A DNA stretch of 63,437 bases, the filler included, from Thraustochytrium aureum (Eukaryota): the NCBI GenBank assembly GCA_012862495.1. It is 5 parts of 4 records of this genome, joined end to end, with 100 filler letters (N's around TTAATTAATTAA, not from the genome) between each part and the next. Parts side by side here need not be neighbours in the genome. Positions count along the whole stretch, not along the records: positions 16,923 to 41,847 come from BLSG01000380.1; 4 more parts are not named here. One strand, 5' to 3'. The notes below the pieces were generated by a model. It saw only the letters and a list, made by a program, of their open reading frames with translations, was not told the origin of the DNA and did not search any database. The stretch's first letter is position 1. The number at the start of each line of letters is the position of its first letter. Both the position numbers and the translations under genes were made by a program. Shown piece by piece: positions 22,943 through 35,411 of the stretch.

Positions 22943-25005
22943 GCTGAGGCAGGAGCCCGCGGCCCCGGCTACTCGCGGAGACCCGTTTATTGCTGGCCCG
23001 TGCGTGCTCGGGCCGCCCAGCGGCGACCCCGAAAGAGCCTTGCCGCCGCTCCCTGGAACTGCGTACGCGCCGAGGTCGCCCGTTGGGTGGCGGTAACCGT
23101 TGAGGCTAATGACGGTGCTTGGAGGGCTCCGAAACAACGCCAGAGGCTCCGCGCCTGTACATGTCCAGGCGCTGCCGTTGCTGTGTACGCGCAGCCGCGC
23201 GCAGCCCCGCGCGCGGGGCCCCGCTCTCCACGCCAAGCACGCTCGCCCCACGCGAGGGCTGGCCCTCGAGGCCTCCTGCTTGCACCAGCGCGTCCGAGCG
23301 CTCCACCTTGCTCCGGCGGCGGCTGCCCCTCTACCGTCCGCTGGCGCCAGCTGGCCAGCGAGCCGAGCCGCTCGCCAGCCAGCTCGGCGCGTCCCGTCTC
23401 CAGCCCTCAGGCGGTCGGGCTGCCTCGTTCGCACGGAGCTGGATTGGCTTTTGCCGGTGGCACCTTGCGACGCGCAGCTTTCCCGCTGCTGGCCCTCGAT
23501 CGACAGAGCGCGGTCTGCCCGTGCGCGCGCGGCGCTCCTGCGGGCCGCTCGCCGCTGCTCGCGCGTTTGCCTCCGCCGCGGAGGAGCAGCGCCTGCTCTG
23601 CTCGCGGGCCGGCCGCCGGCGCGCAGCTCACTCTCGCCGGCTCTGCCACGCCCTCACTCTTGACCTCAGGCCCACCTCCCTTTCACGCTCCACTCCACGC
23701 TCCCCTCGGGCTTTCCTGTGTCAAGGCCTTGCCCACCGCCTAACGGTATTATATGTTTCCTTACACTTCAGGTTTCCCCGTGAGGGCCATTGTCGGCTGC
23801 GGGTGCCCTGAAGGGAACCCGCGGGCACGGGCTGTGAGGGGCCCGGAGGAGGAGGAAAGGCTTCTGAGGACTTTTGTAGGGTACTGACTTGGACTGCCAG
23901 AGTGGCGAGGTTTTTCCCCGGATGATCCAAGCGGCCGCGCTGTCTCCTGTGGACCGTTTTGGCTCTGGAGTTTGTTCTGGTTTTTTTTTGGTTTGGTCGA
24001 CGAAGGGCTCGGTCGGCTTGCCTTCGATGCGGCGGACGCGCGGGGGCGCCTGGAGCGGGTGGGGAGTTGCTGCGCTGGTTGCAGGGCCGAGGAGTGGGCC
24101 TGCTACTTGCTCTTGGGCTTCTGATGCTGGTCCTCGGCCGCTCTCGGCTCGTGGTGGTGGTCGTGGTGGTGGTGGTGGTCGTCGTTTTTGTCAACCAAAT
24201 CGACTCCAATGGTTCTTGCGCCGCAGAACTGCGCGCGCTTTGTACACTTGGTGCTTGCTTGGTGCCTTTGATCGATTGATTGAGTGTGTTGTTGGCTGGC
24301 TGGTGCGGGGCGGCGGAGGCGGCGCGCGGTATGCGCGAGGCGAGGCCGTGCGGCTCTGGAGATCCCGCACGATGGCGCGCGTAGATGCTGCTGCTGCTCT
24401 GCTGCTTTGGCTTGCGCGCCCGCTCGCCTTGCGTTCGAGCAGCGAGGCGGAGGAGGCGCGCAGGACCTCTCGCGGCCCTTGCCTGCACTAGCGCGAGCTC
24501 GAGCTCTACTGGCTAACGAGAGAGGGTGCCACCTCGCGCTAGCTAGCTTGTGCTGGCGCAACGCGACCGAGCCGCTCGATCGCCGCGGGCCTCCTCACCT
24601 CGCGCAAACGCAGGCCCAAGCCAGCTTGTCAGGGCGGCAGGCAGAGCTGCGCCGAGCAGGACGGGGCAGGCCAGGGCCTCTGAGGGCCTCCTAGACCCTC
24701 GCCAGCCTCTCTGCATCAGCAAGAGACCTGCCGGTACCTGCGGCAGTGCGCTGGATGCGGCGCTGCGTTGCGAGGTAGTGACGCGTAGGGAGCCATGTGA
24801 CGCAGGTATGCGTGAACGGCTGTGCAAGTGCGTCTTGCTAGTAACCCCGTTACGACGACGACAGACCGACCTTGGCAAAGTGCGGGCCGCGCGCCGTCGC
24901 CGGGGCCAACAAACAAACGAGGAAGGCGCAGAGCACTGTCGAGCAGAGCTACAGCGGCGGACCGGAGCACGGTGCGCGACACGCAAGCAGTAGGCGTTTA
25001 CAGCC

Positions 25006-26036
25006 ATGTCGGCGCTGCGGATCAGCCCGGAGAGGCTCGACCAGCTCGTCCGGTTCAACAAGATCGCCGAGAATGTGTAAGTGGTGACACGACCGATCTC
25101 GCAACTCGCGCAAGGCCACGGGCGCGGGCCGGGCGGGCGGCGATCGGGGCTCTGTTCTATGCGGGCTGGGGTGAATGAGGGCGCTGACGGGTTGGAGGTC
25201 GGGCGCGGACGGGTTGGAGGCCTGGCGCAGGTGGAGCTTGGACGCCATTCTCCGCGTCCTGTCGTACTCCGGCTTGCTCGGTGCGCAGATGCTGACGTCG
25301 ATGAACGGGGGCAANNNNNNNNNNNNNNNNNNNNNNNNNNNNNNNNNNNNNNNNNNNNNNNNNNNNNNNNNNNNNNNNNNNNNNNNNNNNNNNNNNNNNN
25401 NNNNNNNNNNNNNNNNNNNNNNNNNNNNNNNNNNNNNNNNNNNNNNNNNNNNNNNNNNNNNNNNNNNNNNNNNNNNNNNNNNNNNNNNNNNNNNNNNNNN
25501 NNNNNNNNNNNNNNNNNNNNNNNNNNNNNNNNNNNNNNNNNNNNNNNNNNNNNNNNNNNNNNNNNNNNNNNNNNNNNNNNNNNNNNNNNNNNNNNNNNNN
25601 NNNNNNNNNNNNNNNNNNNNNNNNNNNNNNNNNNNNNNNNNNNNNNNNNNNNNNNNNNNNNNNNNNNNNNNNNNNNNNNNNNNNNNNNNNNNNNNNNNNN
25701 NNNNNNNNNNNNNNNNNNNNNNNNNACGTGATCTGCGACCTCGTGGGGACCTTGAAGCGCGCGTAAACCGCCTCGGCGGAGATCAAGGCCGCCGAAAAGG
25801 GAGAGGCTACCGCTGGCGACGGCAAGAAGGAGCTCGTCAAGCGCATCGTGGCCCTCAAGGAACAGCGCAAGCAGCTGTACATTTGGGCCACCTGCGTCGT
25901 TTCTGATCTCGTCATGGCCCTGCACTGGTCGGTGCCGGACGGTCCTGTTTCGACAAACCAGATCTGCGCGGTCGGCATTTGGGGCGGCGTTGCGAGCCTG
26001 TACCTCAAATGGAACAAGTCTCGCCTGGCCGAATAG
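25006..26036 (+). CDS. PEX11: Peroxisomal biogenesis factor 11 family protein; intron 25077..25230; internal gap; in-frame TAA at 25764
   Basis: Spliced N-terminus ...AENV|WSLDAILRVLSY (PEX11 D..LR..QY motif). C-terminus SDLVMALHWSV..G......AVGIWGGVASLY.KW. Confidence 0.75.
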
Positions 26037-26753
26037 ACTGCTTGCACAGCTCTAGGCCGACTTTTGAACGTTGCGCGACTGAAACGCGATATTGGCGGAA
26101 TGCCTGCAGCTCGCTGCGGACAAAGCTATTGGCGCCCAAAGCTGTTGGCGTCCAAAGCGATTGGCGTCGCGATCACGTTAATTTTCCTTCGATTGGCCTT
26201 CCCTTCCTCGCTTTCCATCGACTTGTTTGGTGCTTGCATGGTCAGAGCAGCTGTACATCGACGGCGCGGACGGGCTCCGCTGAGTGCCTTTCCTTGCCCT
26301 TGATGTTCATTGATTGATTGAGTTATAACTAAAAGGCCGAGACAAAATCGACAGTATCACACCTTGTTTTTGTTATTATCTTGAGCACCAGCACAATCAG
26401 CGCGCTCGCTCTTGCTCGTGCTCGATCGATCCCTCCAGTAGGTCAGCAGCGCTCTGCGACAGCTGGCTCTGGCCGAGCCTCTAACACCGCTGCGAAAAGC
26501 ACTCCCTGCGCCCCTCGATAGCTGGCGGACTAGCCCGCCATTTCCCTTGGCTCGCTCGCGATCAGGTCGCCATCCACGTTCTTTGCTTCCTCCGAACAAG
26601 TGGACTGAGCGACTGCCACAGAGATGAGCGCTCTCGGTGACAACCCGATCGAGGCGCCCTCGCCCGCGCTCGCCCGTCTCTAACGGAGGCAGGACTTGCT
26701 GCGGCGGACAAGGGCGACGAAGAATCATTCCTCGTAGCAGGGTTGCCGCCGCT

Positions 26754-27203
26754 CTACCTCGACAGTCGCACAATGTCCTCCTTGGCGGACCCTGGAGACA
26801 GGTACTTGACCTTGATATATGCGCTCACGCCCCAGACTGCGACGACGAAGAGCACGCAGATCACAAGCCCGGCGCGAGCGATGGCCAGAGATGTGCCGTT
26901 TTTGAAACCCGTTGCCGCGGAGAATGGCCCGCCGTGAACCGGCCCGCCGTCGAGCTGTGGCCGGCGGTGCTGCTCCAACTGAAACCGGCTGTGCACGGCG
27001 CTGCCGAGCGGCTCGTGGAACGAGTCGTACAGCTCGTCGAGAAACCAGCTCACGGAGACGATGACAAAGGCGATCATCACCACGCCCGTCAGGTTGACGG
27101 TCGGCACCGAGCACCCCTCGTCCAGGCGCTCGCCGCCCCAGTCTACCCTGTTGGCCTCGCTGTACGCCAGCGTGTGGTAGTTGCGCCAGCTGTGCCGCGA
27201 CAT
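26754..27203 (-). CDS. Hypothetical small membrane protein (2 TM)
   Basis: 149-aa ORF with an ATG start, GC3-rich codons and two clear hydrophobic segments. Confidence 0.6.
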   Translation of the reverse strand: MSRHSWRNYHTLAYSEANRVDWGGERLDEGCSVPTVNLTGVVMIAFVIVSVSWFLDELYDSFHEPLGSAVHSRFQLEQHRRPQLDGGPVHGGPFSAATGFKNGTSLAIARAGLVICVLFVVAVWGVSAYIKVKYLSPGSAKEDIVRLSR

Positions 27204-28078
27204 GGCCTTCTGCCGCGCCCCCCACGGGGCTCGCGGCGCCGGCTACTGGCGCTGGCCCGCTTGGCACGGTCACCACCACGCTGCGCGCCGCCGGCGAGGC
27301 CTGCTTGGGCGACCGCTGCTTGGCCCCGGCCGACGCCAGCGCCTCCACCAGCGCCTCCTGCTGCCTTCCCACCGTACAAGCGCCAGCGGGCGCGCTGGGC
27401 GGCATCCAGCCCCTGCTCTGCACTGCTCTGCAGCGCTGCTTCCCTTCGCGGGCCTCGCCGTTCGGTCCCTGCTGGCCCTTGCGCGCTCGCGTCTCCCAGC
27501 CTCGCTGCTTCCTTCCTTCGTCGCTCGAGCCCCGCTCGGCTCTCTGCTGAACCGCGCCGCAGGTTGGCTGGCCGGCGAGCCACGAGCGTGCTCGGTCGGT
27601 GGAGTAGCTGGCGGCCGACAGAGTAGCTCGCTCGCTCGCTCGCTCGCGCGCAGGCAGGCAGGCTCNNNNNNNNNNNNNNNNNNNNNNNNNNNNNNNNNNN
27701 NNNNNNNNNNNNNNNNNNNNNNNNNNNNNNNNNNNNNNNNNNNNNNNNNNNNNNNNNNNNNNNNNNNNNNNNNNNNNNNNNNNNNNNNNNNNNNNNNNNN
27801 NNNNNNNNNNNNNNNNNNNNNNNNNNNNNNNNNNNNNNNNNNNNNNNNNNNNNNNNNNNNNNNNNNNNNNNNNNNNNNNNNNNNNNNNNNNNNNNNNNNN
27901 NNNNNNNNNNNNNNNNNNNNNNNNNNNNNNNNNNNNNNNNNNNNNNNNNNNNNNNNNNNNNNNNNNNNNNNNNNNNNNNNNNNNNNNNNNNNNNNNNNNN
28001 NNNNNNNNNNNNNNNNNNNNNNNNNNNNNNNNNNNNNNNNNNNNNNNNNNNNNNNNNNNNNNNNNNNNNNNNNNNNNN

Positions 28079-28154
28079 TTTCTTTTTCCCTTTTTTTCTC
28101 CTTTTTCCCTTTTCCCCCTATTTTCATTTTTTCATTTTTCTCCCTTTTCCTTTC
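28079..28154. repeat. Polypyrimidine (T/C) low-complexity tract at a contig edge
   Basis: About 75 nt consisting almost entirely of T and C. Confidence 0.85.
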
Positions 28155-29873
28155 AGGCTCTCCGAGTCATGTGTGACGAAGTACTAGTAGCGTGACTACA
28201 ACCGAAGGAGAGATTGATGTACTTAGAGGAACAGGAGGAGCTTCTCTTGGAAATCCCAGGACGCCGTGGGAGAATTCGACGGACTCTTGAGGCTGCGGTG
28301 GGGAGGGGAGGAGGAGGAGGAGCCTGAGGAGGAGGGCTGAACAGGGAAGGGCAGTGCAAACTGTGAGGCAGGAGGAGAACGGGTGAGCGGTTGGTGCTGA
28401 CTGGTGTTGTGCCTCTTGTGAGGCGGATGCGGGCTGTGAGGGAGGCAACTGGCAACGGAATCGGATTCATCGCATGCTTGCGTCGGATGCCAGCGGCTCG
28501 CGACTCTGCGCTGACGTGATTGTTGTCGGCGCCTGCGGAGTAGGCAAGGAGCACCTGTACCTCCTTCGACGATGACTAGGATGGAGACTGCAGGATGAGC
28601 CAGCCTGCCAGGGGGCGCGCTGGTCCAGACTCCAGAGGCAAGATCCTGGCGTGAGCTCGTTGTGGAGTTGTTGCAGTCGGTTGACTCGTTCAAGTGGGCC
28701 ACCCACTCTTGCCGCTTCGGTTTGGGGCGCCATCTTGGACGTTGAGCAAGGTGGTTGACGGATCGATGGATAACCGCCACCTCCACCACGCTCGAGCTCG
28801 CTGAAGCTTGAAAAGGTTGCTTGAAGCTGCTCCGCCAAGGCGCAGCAGGGGTCGAGCAAGGTTGATGGGGAAGGAGGGAGGCATGCAAGGAGCCCGGATC
28901 TTAGCGCGAATCCAATACCTGTAGACATGATCACGGGACGCGACCAACTCGAGCCATTCCGAAATGATCGTCGGCCTTTCTTGGGCCTTCCTCGTCAAAA
29001 GTTGGGCCAGCTTGCGTGGCCCAGTTGCTGCAGTTTCTGCGTCCGCACACCCGCACTTCATTGAGCAGAGGAGCTGCGCAAGGCTTTCCGAAGTTCGACT
29101 TGTCCCAGCATGCGGGCTCCACCGACTTGGCGGTCTCCCTGGGCGTGCCTCATGATGCTGTGGAGCGCTGCCGCAGAACTCGAGAGCCGACGCGTTGGAT
29201 CTTTTTCGCGGGAAAAAACAGCTCGCTCGAGAGACCTTCCTATTTCGTGATCAAGTCCACAGGTGTCTCGGGCACGCAGACTTCGTCTGGTTATCTCCAG
29301 CTGCCCTGCCAAGAGGTTGTGCTTGGTGCAACTTGGGTGCAACTAAATATTCGATCCGCGGTGGTCGTCGGCACAGACGGCTAGTGTCAACATCGGAAGG
29401 CCATCCAACCAAAGTGGCTGTTCGGCATCTTCAGGCTTTCGGTTATCAGTCACCCGAGCCGGCTCCTTCGGCACTGGTCTGGGGGCTCTTCAGCGCGCGC
29501 GCAGAGACGTCCCGTGAGTCCCGTCTCAAGGAGGCAGCCTAACTTTATGCCGAGTAGCACCATGGACCACTTTCTTTGTCGATCCGCGGAGCACTGTCGT
29601 CCAGCCGAAACGGATCAGACCAATCCGGATCCTGTGCGGCAGAAACGCTTGGCAAGTGCTGTTTGATTTCACAAAAAATCAAATCAAGAAAAGAGAGGCG
29701 TGCGTCGCTGCGACGAGCCGACTTGCTGTTGATGCAGGCCGTTCTCATCCTCGCCATCTTTTGACTGAAGAAGATTGAAGAACTACGAGCTCGGGAACTG
29801 AGGTTCTCCATAGGCGAGCGGGCAAGGTCTGATTCTGGCATAACGTAAATACAATTTGGCGGCAATTAGGTAC

Positions 29874-30468
29874 CTACTTTCGGCTATCAGCCACATCCTC
29901 CGGCACAGGGTCTAGCAAAATGGAGACGTCTACGCCGAGCGCGCGGAGCTCTGCACGCTCCTGCTCCAAAGTGGCCGTGAGGTCGCCCGAGTTGTTCTTC
30001 GGGGCGATCGACCCACGAAACCGCTTGAAGAACGACTGCATGTTGTCTCGCAAGACCTCGAGAGGCGGGGCAACAACGCTCCGAATTCGCTCCGACTGCT
30101 GCGGGACGTTGCGCTTAAGGCGCAAGATCATGTCGTCGACAGACTGAAGCTCGAGGTACCAGGTGACCAACACCCCTGTGAAGGTTGCTGTCGAAACGGT
30201 GAGCACGGTGGCGAGCCCCAGCGCACGCGCTGCGAGCTGCGCTGCCGGTGCGCTCGGGCCGCGCCGCACCGCCGCACTTGCAAGCGCCCCGGATTTGAGA
30301 CCAGCGCTAGCGGGCGCCACCAGCGGCGCTTTGGCAGCGGGTGCCTGGGACGGCGCGGGCGAGATGCCGGCTTGCCGCTCCATGCGCTCGCGCAGGCTGC
30401 CTGGGACGACCTCGCGGGCGTCCTTTTTGATTTCTCGCGTCATGCCGAGGCGGAATCCGACCGCAAGC
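29874..30468 (-). CDS. TMEM242/DUF1358-like mitochondrial membrane protein, 5' end possibly in gap
   Basis: LAARALGLATVL......G...W.L.LQSVDDM..RLK...P resembles the TMEM242 core (ALRALG.G......W..LGV.S..DF...M...P). Confidence 0.5.
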
Positions 30469-31179
30469 NNNNNNNNNNNNNNNNNNNNNNNNNNNNNNNN
30501 NNNNNNNNNNNNNNNNNNNNNNNNNNNNNNNNNNNNNNNNNNNNNNNNNNNNNNNNNNNNNNNNNNNNNNNNNNNNNNNNNNNNNNNNNNNNNNNNNNNN
30601 NNNNNNNNNNNNNNNNNNNNNNNNNNNNNNNNNNNNNNNNNNNNNNNNNNNNNNNNNNNNNNNNNNNNNNNNNNNNNNNNNNNNNNNNNNNNNNNNNNNN
30701 NNNNNNNNNNNNNNNNNNNNNNNNNNNNNNNNNNNNNNNNNNNNNNNNNNNNNNNNNNNNNNNNNNNNNNNNNNNNNNNNNNNNNNNNNNNNNNNNNNNN
30801 NNNNNNNNNNNNNNNNNNNNNNNNNNNNNNNNNNNNNNNNNNNNNNNNNNNNNNNNNNNNNNNNNNNNNNNNNNNNNNNNNNNNNNNNNNNNNNNNNNNN
30901 NNNNNNNNNNNNNNNNNNNNNNNNNNNNNNNNNNNNNNNNNNNNNNNNNNNNNNNNNNNNNNNNNNNNNNNNNNNNNNNNNNNNNNNNNNNNNNNNNNNN
31001 NNNNNNNNNNNNNNNNNNNNNNNNNNNNNNNNNNNNNNNNNNNNNNNNNNNNNNNNNNNNNNNNNNNNNNNNNNNNNGCCCGCCTGCCAGCCTGCCAGCC
31101 TGCCAGTCTACCAGCCAGCCTGCTTGCCAGCCTGCCTGCGCAGAGCGCGCTGAGGAGTCCAGGAGGGGCCCACGGCACG

Positions 31180-33587
31180 ATGATGGCGGCGAGCTCGTCC
31201 TCGTCAGGCGCAACCGCGACGCAAGCGAGCCAGGGAGAGGCGAACGAGAAGATCAACTATGTGGCCGACGCGCAGCGATGCAAAGAGTTCCTGAGCAGGT
31301 TCAAGGTGGAGCGGTCCGCCGGGAACGAGCAGCTCAAGTACATCGAGATGCTCCAGGACATTGTCAACCGCAAACGGACAACGCTCGACGTCGACCTTGA
31401 CGACCTCATGGGCTTCTTCCCCGACGACACCCTGCTCGAGCGCATCATGTGCAACGCCCTACGGTACCGCGAAATGCTCGCTACCGCCGCAGACGACCTC
31501 ATGCCCGAGCCCACCGACCCAGAAACCATTAGCGCGATGGGCGGCAACCTCGAGGGCCTCGGCGCCCAAGAGGTGTTTCGCATCCAGCGCCTGCAAAACC
31601 AAGCGCAGGCCAGGATTCAAGCGCAGGAGCGCCTCGAGCAAGGCGGCGCTGATGCAGACAGCGTCGCTGGCAGCGGTGCCGGAAGCGCATCCGGCCACGG
31701 CAGAAACAGCGGCGCACCGAAGAATGCGCTCCCGCCCGCGCTCATGCGACGGTTTGAGGTCGTCATCTTGCCGCCGTCCAAAGTCCGCGCCGGGTCGCTC
31801 CGCGACGTGACTGCAACGCAAATCGGCCAGCTCGTGCGCATCAAAGGCATCGTGACGCGCGTCGCGGACGTCAAGCCGCGCGCCGTAGTCATAACCTACA
31901 TCTGCGACAAGTGCGGCTCCGAGTTGTACCAGGTCGTGGGGGAGAGCGGCGAGTTTACGCCAAAGCAGGAGTGCGAGACCCCCAAGTGCACCGTGCTCAA
32001 GCGCAAGGACCGCGGCCGCGTGTACCCGACCGTGCGCGGCTCCAAGTTTGAAAAGTTCCAGGAGATCAAGGTCCAGGAAACGCCCGACCAGGTCCCCGTG
32101 GGCCACATCCCCCGCTCGCTCACTGTGCACTGCCGGGGCAGCTCGACGCGCCAGTGCACCCCGGGCGAGAACGTCGAGGTAGTGGGCATCTACCTCCCGC
32201 TCACGCTAAACCCGTTCCAGCAAATGAAGATGGGCCTCACGGCGTCGACCTACCTGCAGTGCATGCACATCGTGCGCAAAAAAAAGTCCTATGAAGAGCT
32301 CTCGCGCGAGCTGACGCACGAGCTCGAAGAGGAGATCGACCAGATTGTGGAGGACGCAGACTCGTACTCAAAGCTGGCACGCTCGATCGCGCCAGAAATC
32401 TCGGCAACCTCGACGTCAAGAAGGCGCTCCTTCTCCAGCTCGTGGGCGGCGTCACCAAAAAGATGAGCGACGGCATGAGCATCCGCGGGGACATCAACAT
32501 CCTCNNNNNNNNNNNNNNNNNNNNNNNNNNNNNNNNNNNNNNNNNNNNNNNNNNNNNNNNNNNNNNNNNNNNNNNNNNNNNNNNNNNNNNNNNNNNNNNN
32601 NNNNNNNNNNNNNNNNNNNNNNNNNNNNNNNNNNNNNNNNNNNNNNNNNNNNNNNNNNNNNNNNNNNNNNNNNNNNNNNNNNNNNNNNNNNNNNNNNNNN
32701 NNNNNNNNNNNNNNNNNNNNNNNNNNNNNNNNNNNNNNNNNNNNNNNNNNNNNNNNNNNNNNNNNNNNNNNNNNNNNNNNNNNNNNNNNNNNNNNNNNNN
32801 NNNNNNNNNNNNNNNNNNNNNNNNNNNNNNNNNNNNNNNNNNNNNNNNNNNNNNNNNNNNNNNNNNNNNNNNNNNNNNNNNNNNNNNNNNNNNNNNNNNN
32901 NNNNNNNNNNNNNNNNNNNNNNNNNNNNNNNNNNNNNNNNNNNNNNNNNNNNNNNNNNNNNNNNNNNNNNNNNNNNNNNNNNNNNNNNNNNNNNNNNNNN
33001 NNNNNNNNNNNNNNNNNNNNNNNNNNNNNNNNNNNNNNNNNNNNNNNNNNNNNNNNNNNNNNNNNNNNNNNNNNNNNNNNNNNNNNNNNNNNNNNNNNNN
33101 NNNNNNNNNNNNNNNNNNNNNNNNNNNNNNNNNNNNNNNNNNNNNNNNNNNNNNNNNNNNNNNNNNNNNNNNNNNNNNNNNNNNNNNNNNNNNNNNNNNN
33201 NNNNNNNNNNNNNNNNNNNNNNNNNNNNNNNNNNNNNNNNNNNNNNNNNNNNNNNNNNNNNNNNNNNNNNNNNNNNNNNNNNNNNNNNNNNNNNNNNNNN
33301 NNNNNNNNNNNNNNNNNNNNNNNNNNNNNNNNNNNNNNNNNNNNNNNNNNNNNNNNNNNNNNNNNNNNNNNNNNNNNNNNNNNNNNNNNNNNNNNNNNNN
33401 NNNNNNNNNNNNNNNNNNNNNNNNNNNNNNNNNNNNNNNNNNNNNNNNNNNNNNNNNNNNNNNNNNNNNNNNNNNNNNNNNNNNNGCCGGTACGTCCTCG
33501 ACTCGAGTCAAGTCATTCAACAGCAACGGCGAAGCAGGAGCCTGCGGAGGCGGCCGCTGCCGCGCAACGCTCAGAGGGGCTCGCTGA
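31180..33587 (+). CDS. MCM7: DNA replication licensing factor MCM7; frameshift near 32400; AAA+ core mostly in gap; 3' end approximate
   Basis: KY.EMLQ.I.NR, P.LMRRFEV, IG.LV.IKGIVTR..DVKP, zinc finger [30 protein letters not shown] and LARSIAPEI(F)[18 protein letters not shown]...[11 protein letters not shown]. Confidence 0.95.
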
Positions 33588-33661
33588 CCTCGTGGGCTCG
33601 GAGGCCATAGGCTTGGTAAGCGCGGCGCGGCGCGGCGCGGACGCGCAAGGAGGGCAAGCAA

Positions 33662-34417
33662 ATGGCAGACCAGGCGGACGCCCTGGCGGCCATGTTCAGC
33701 CAGGTCGACCGCGCCGTGGTGGACATCGTGCTGGAGAGCAGTGGGTTCAACTTTGATCGCGCGCTGGATCAGCTGCTGCAAATGACTGCCGAGCAGGAAG
33801 AACACGGCAAGGCCTGCGTACCAGAACGGGAAGGCGGGACGCCCAAGGCTCTTGCGCTCGATGAACGAGACGCGGAGGAGGAGGACCAGAACGCGCACTT
33901 TCCAGAGTTCGAAGGCGGCACGGCGGCGCTTGACGAGGCCGAGCCGCGGACAGCAACGCCGACTTGGCGCAAGCCGCTCCCGGACGACTTTTTGCGGCTT
34001 CCTGCGGACGTCAAGGTGCGTCTGGAGGATGAAGCTCAGATTGAGCGCGACATGCTGTTCGCGCAGATGATTGCCAACGATGCCTTCAGACGCGAGCTGG
34101 CCTCGCACGACGAGTTTCGCGAGCAGATCGCTTCGCGCCAGGGCAGCACCGGGTCTGAGACAGACCAGTGGGGCTCGATGTGGAGTGAGCTCAGCGAGTC
34201 TGCCCGCACCAAATTTGAGGCGTTGGCCACCAAGTTTCGTCGATCCCCCGAGTACCAGACTGTGCAGTCCACGGACCAAGACCCATACTTGAACGCAATG
34301 CTTCCGAGCGGTGGTGCCTCTGCGCGCAACCGTCGCCGCGCGGGGCAGAACGACTTTGGCGACGACGGCATGCAGATGACCGACCTCGACGGGCTGTCAC
34401 GAATGAAAATACAGTGA
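33662..34417 (+). CDS. CUE-domain ubiquitin-binding protein (CUEDC1-like)
   Basis: N-terminal CUE (L.AMF..VD..VV..VL......D.A.D.LL.M), PLPDDFLR, and QIERD..FA.M..N..F..EL. Confidence 0.82.
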   Translation: MADQADALAAMFSQVDRAVVDIVLESSGFNFDRALDQLLQMTAEQEEHGKACVPEREGGTPKALALDERDAEEEDQNAHFPEFEGGTAALDEAEPRTATPTWRKPLPDDFLRLPADVKVRLEDEAQIERDMLFAQMIANDAFRRELASHDEFREQIASRQGSTGSETDQWGSMWSELSESARTKFEALATKFRRSPEYQTVQSTDQDPYLNAMLPSGGASARNRRRAGQNDFGDDGMQMTDLDGLSRMKIQ

Positions 34418-35411
34418 AAAGGGCATTTCGTCGCGGCGCCCCCGTGCGCCTCGCCCTGCCCTTCCTGTGCCCCTGGTCATGCGGTGCGCGATCTCCGTCT
34501 ACGTAGCATAGCAGAGCTCTGTTTTCCTTGATCTTACTCTCGATGGTGCTACAGGGTGAAAGTCTAAGAGTTCAGCTGCCTGCTATGGCAGCCAGAGGCG
34601 GGACATCTCTGCGCGCGACGGAGGTCCCATAGGAACCAGACTGGCAACCAAAAGCCTGAAGATGGCGCAGTGCCTCAAGCAAAATGGCCTTGCGATGGTG
34701 CCACGAAACGTCCGTGACAAACTTGGGATTGCACCACGCAACCTCTTCGCGGAGCAGCCGAAGATAGCCAACTGAAGCCTGCGTGCCCCATCCACCAGAG
34801 CGGTGGGGCCTTGATCTTGTTGATCAATCAAAACGAAACGCGGGTAACCCTCTCCACGACCGCGACCACCTTTCCACTCCTTCGGAATAACAAAGGCACG
34901 AAGGCAGGCAGGCAGGCAGGCACCTGGGGTCTGGCACACTGGAAGCTTGCGCTGTCCTCCCGGGCATCGCGAGCGCGGCGGCAAGCATCATGCCTGCCGC
35001 CAGACTTTCTCCCCCNNNNNNNNNNNNNNNNNNNNNNNNNNNNNNNNNNNNNNNNNNNNNNNNNNNNNNNNNNNNNNNNNNNNNNNNNNNNNNNNNNNNN
35101 NNNNNNNNNNNNNNNNNNNNNNNNNNNNNNNNNNNNNNNNNNNNNNNNNNNNNNNNNNNNNNNNNNNNNNNNNNNNNNNNNNNNNNNNNNNNNNNNNNNN
35201 NNNNNNNNNNNNNNNNNNNNNNNNNNNNNNNNNNNNNNNNNNNNNNNNNNNNNNNNNNNNNNNNNNNNNNNNNNNNNNNNNNNNNNNNNNNNNNNNNNNN
35301 NNNNNNNNNNNNNNNNNNNNNNNNNNNNNNNNNNNNNNNNNNNNNNNNNNNNNNNNNNNNNNNNNNNNNNNNNNNNNNNNNNNNNNNNNNNNNNNNNNNN
35401 NNNNNNNNNNN

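Noticed and set aside
26331..26342. Minus-strand tctcggcctttt matching the 5' stem of U2 snRNA
   Set aside because: Only 12 nt match; the branch-recognition GTAGTA and the Sm site are absent.
32395..32410. Programmed frameshifting or pseudogenisation of MCM7 and other genes
   Set aside because: No shared slippery motif, and indels are scattered through many conserved genes, which fits sequencing error.
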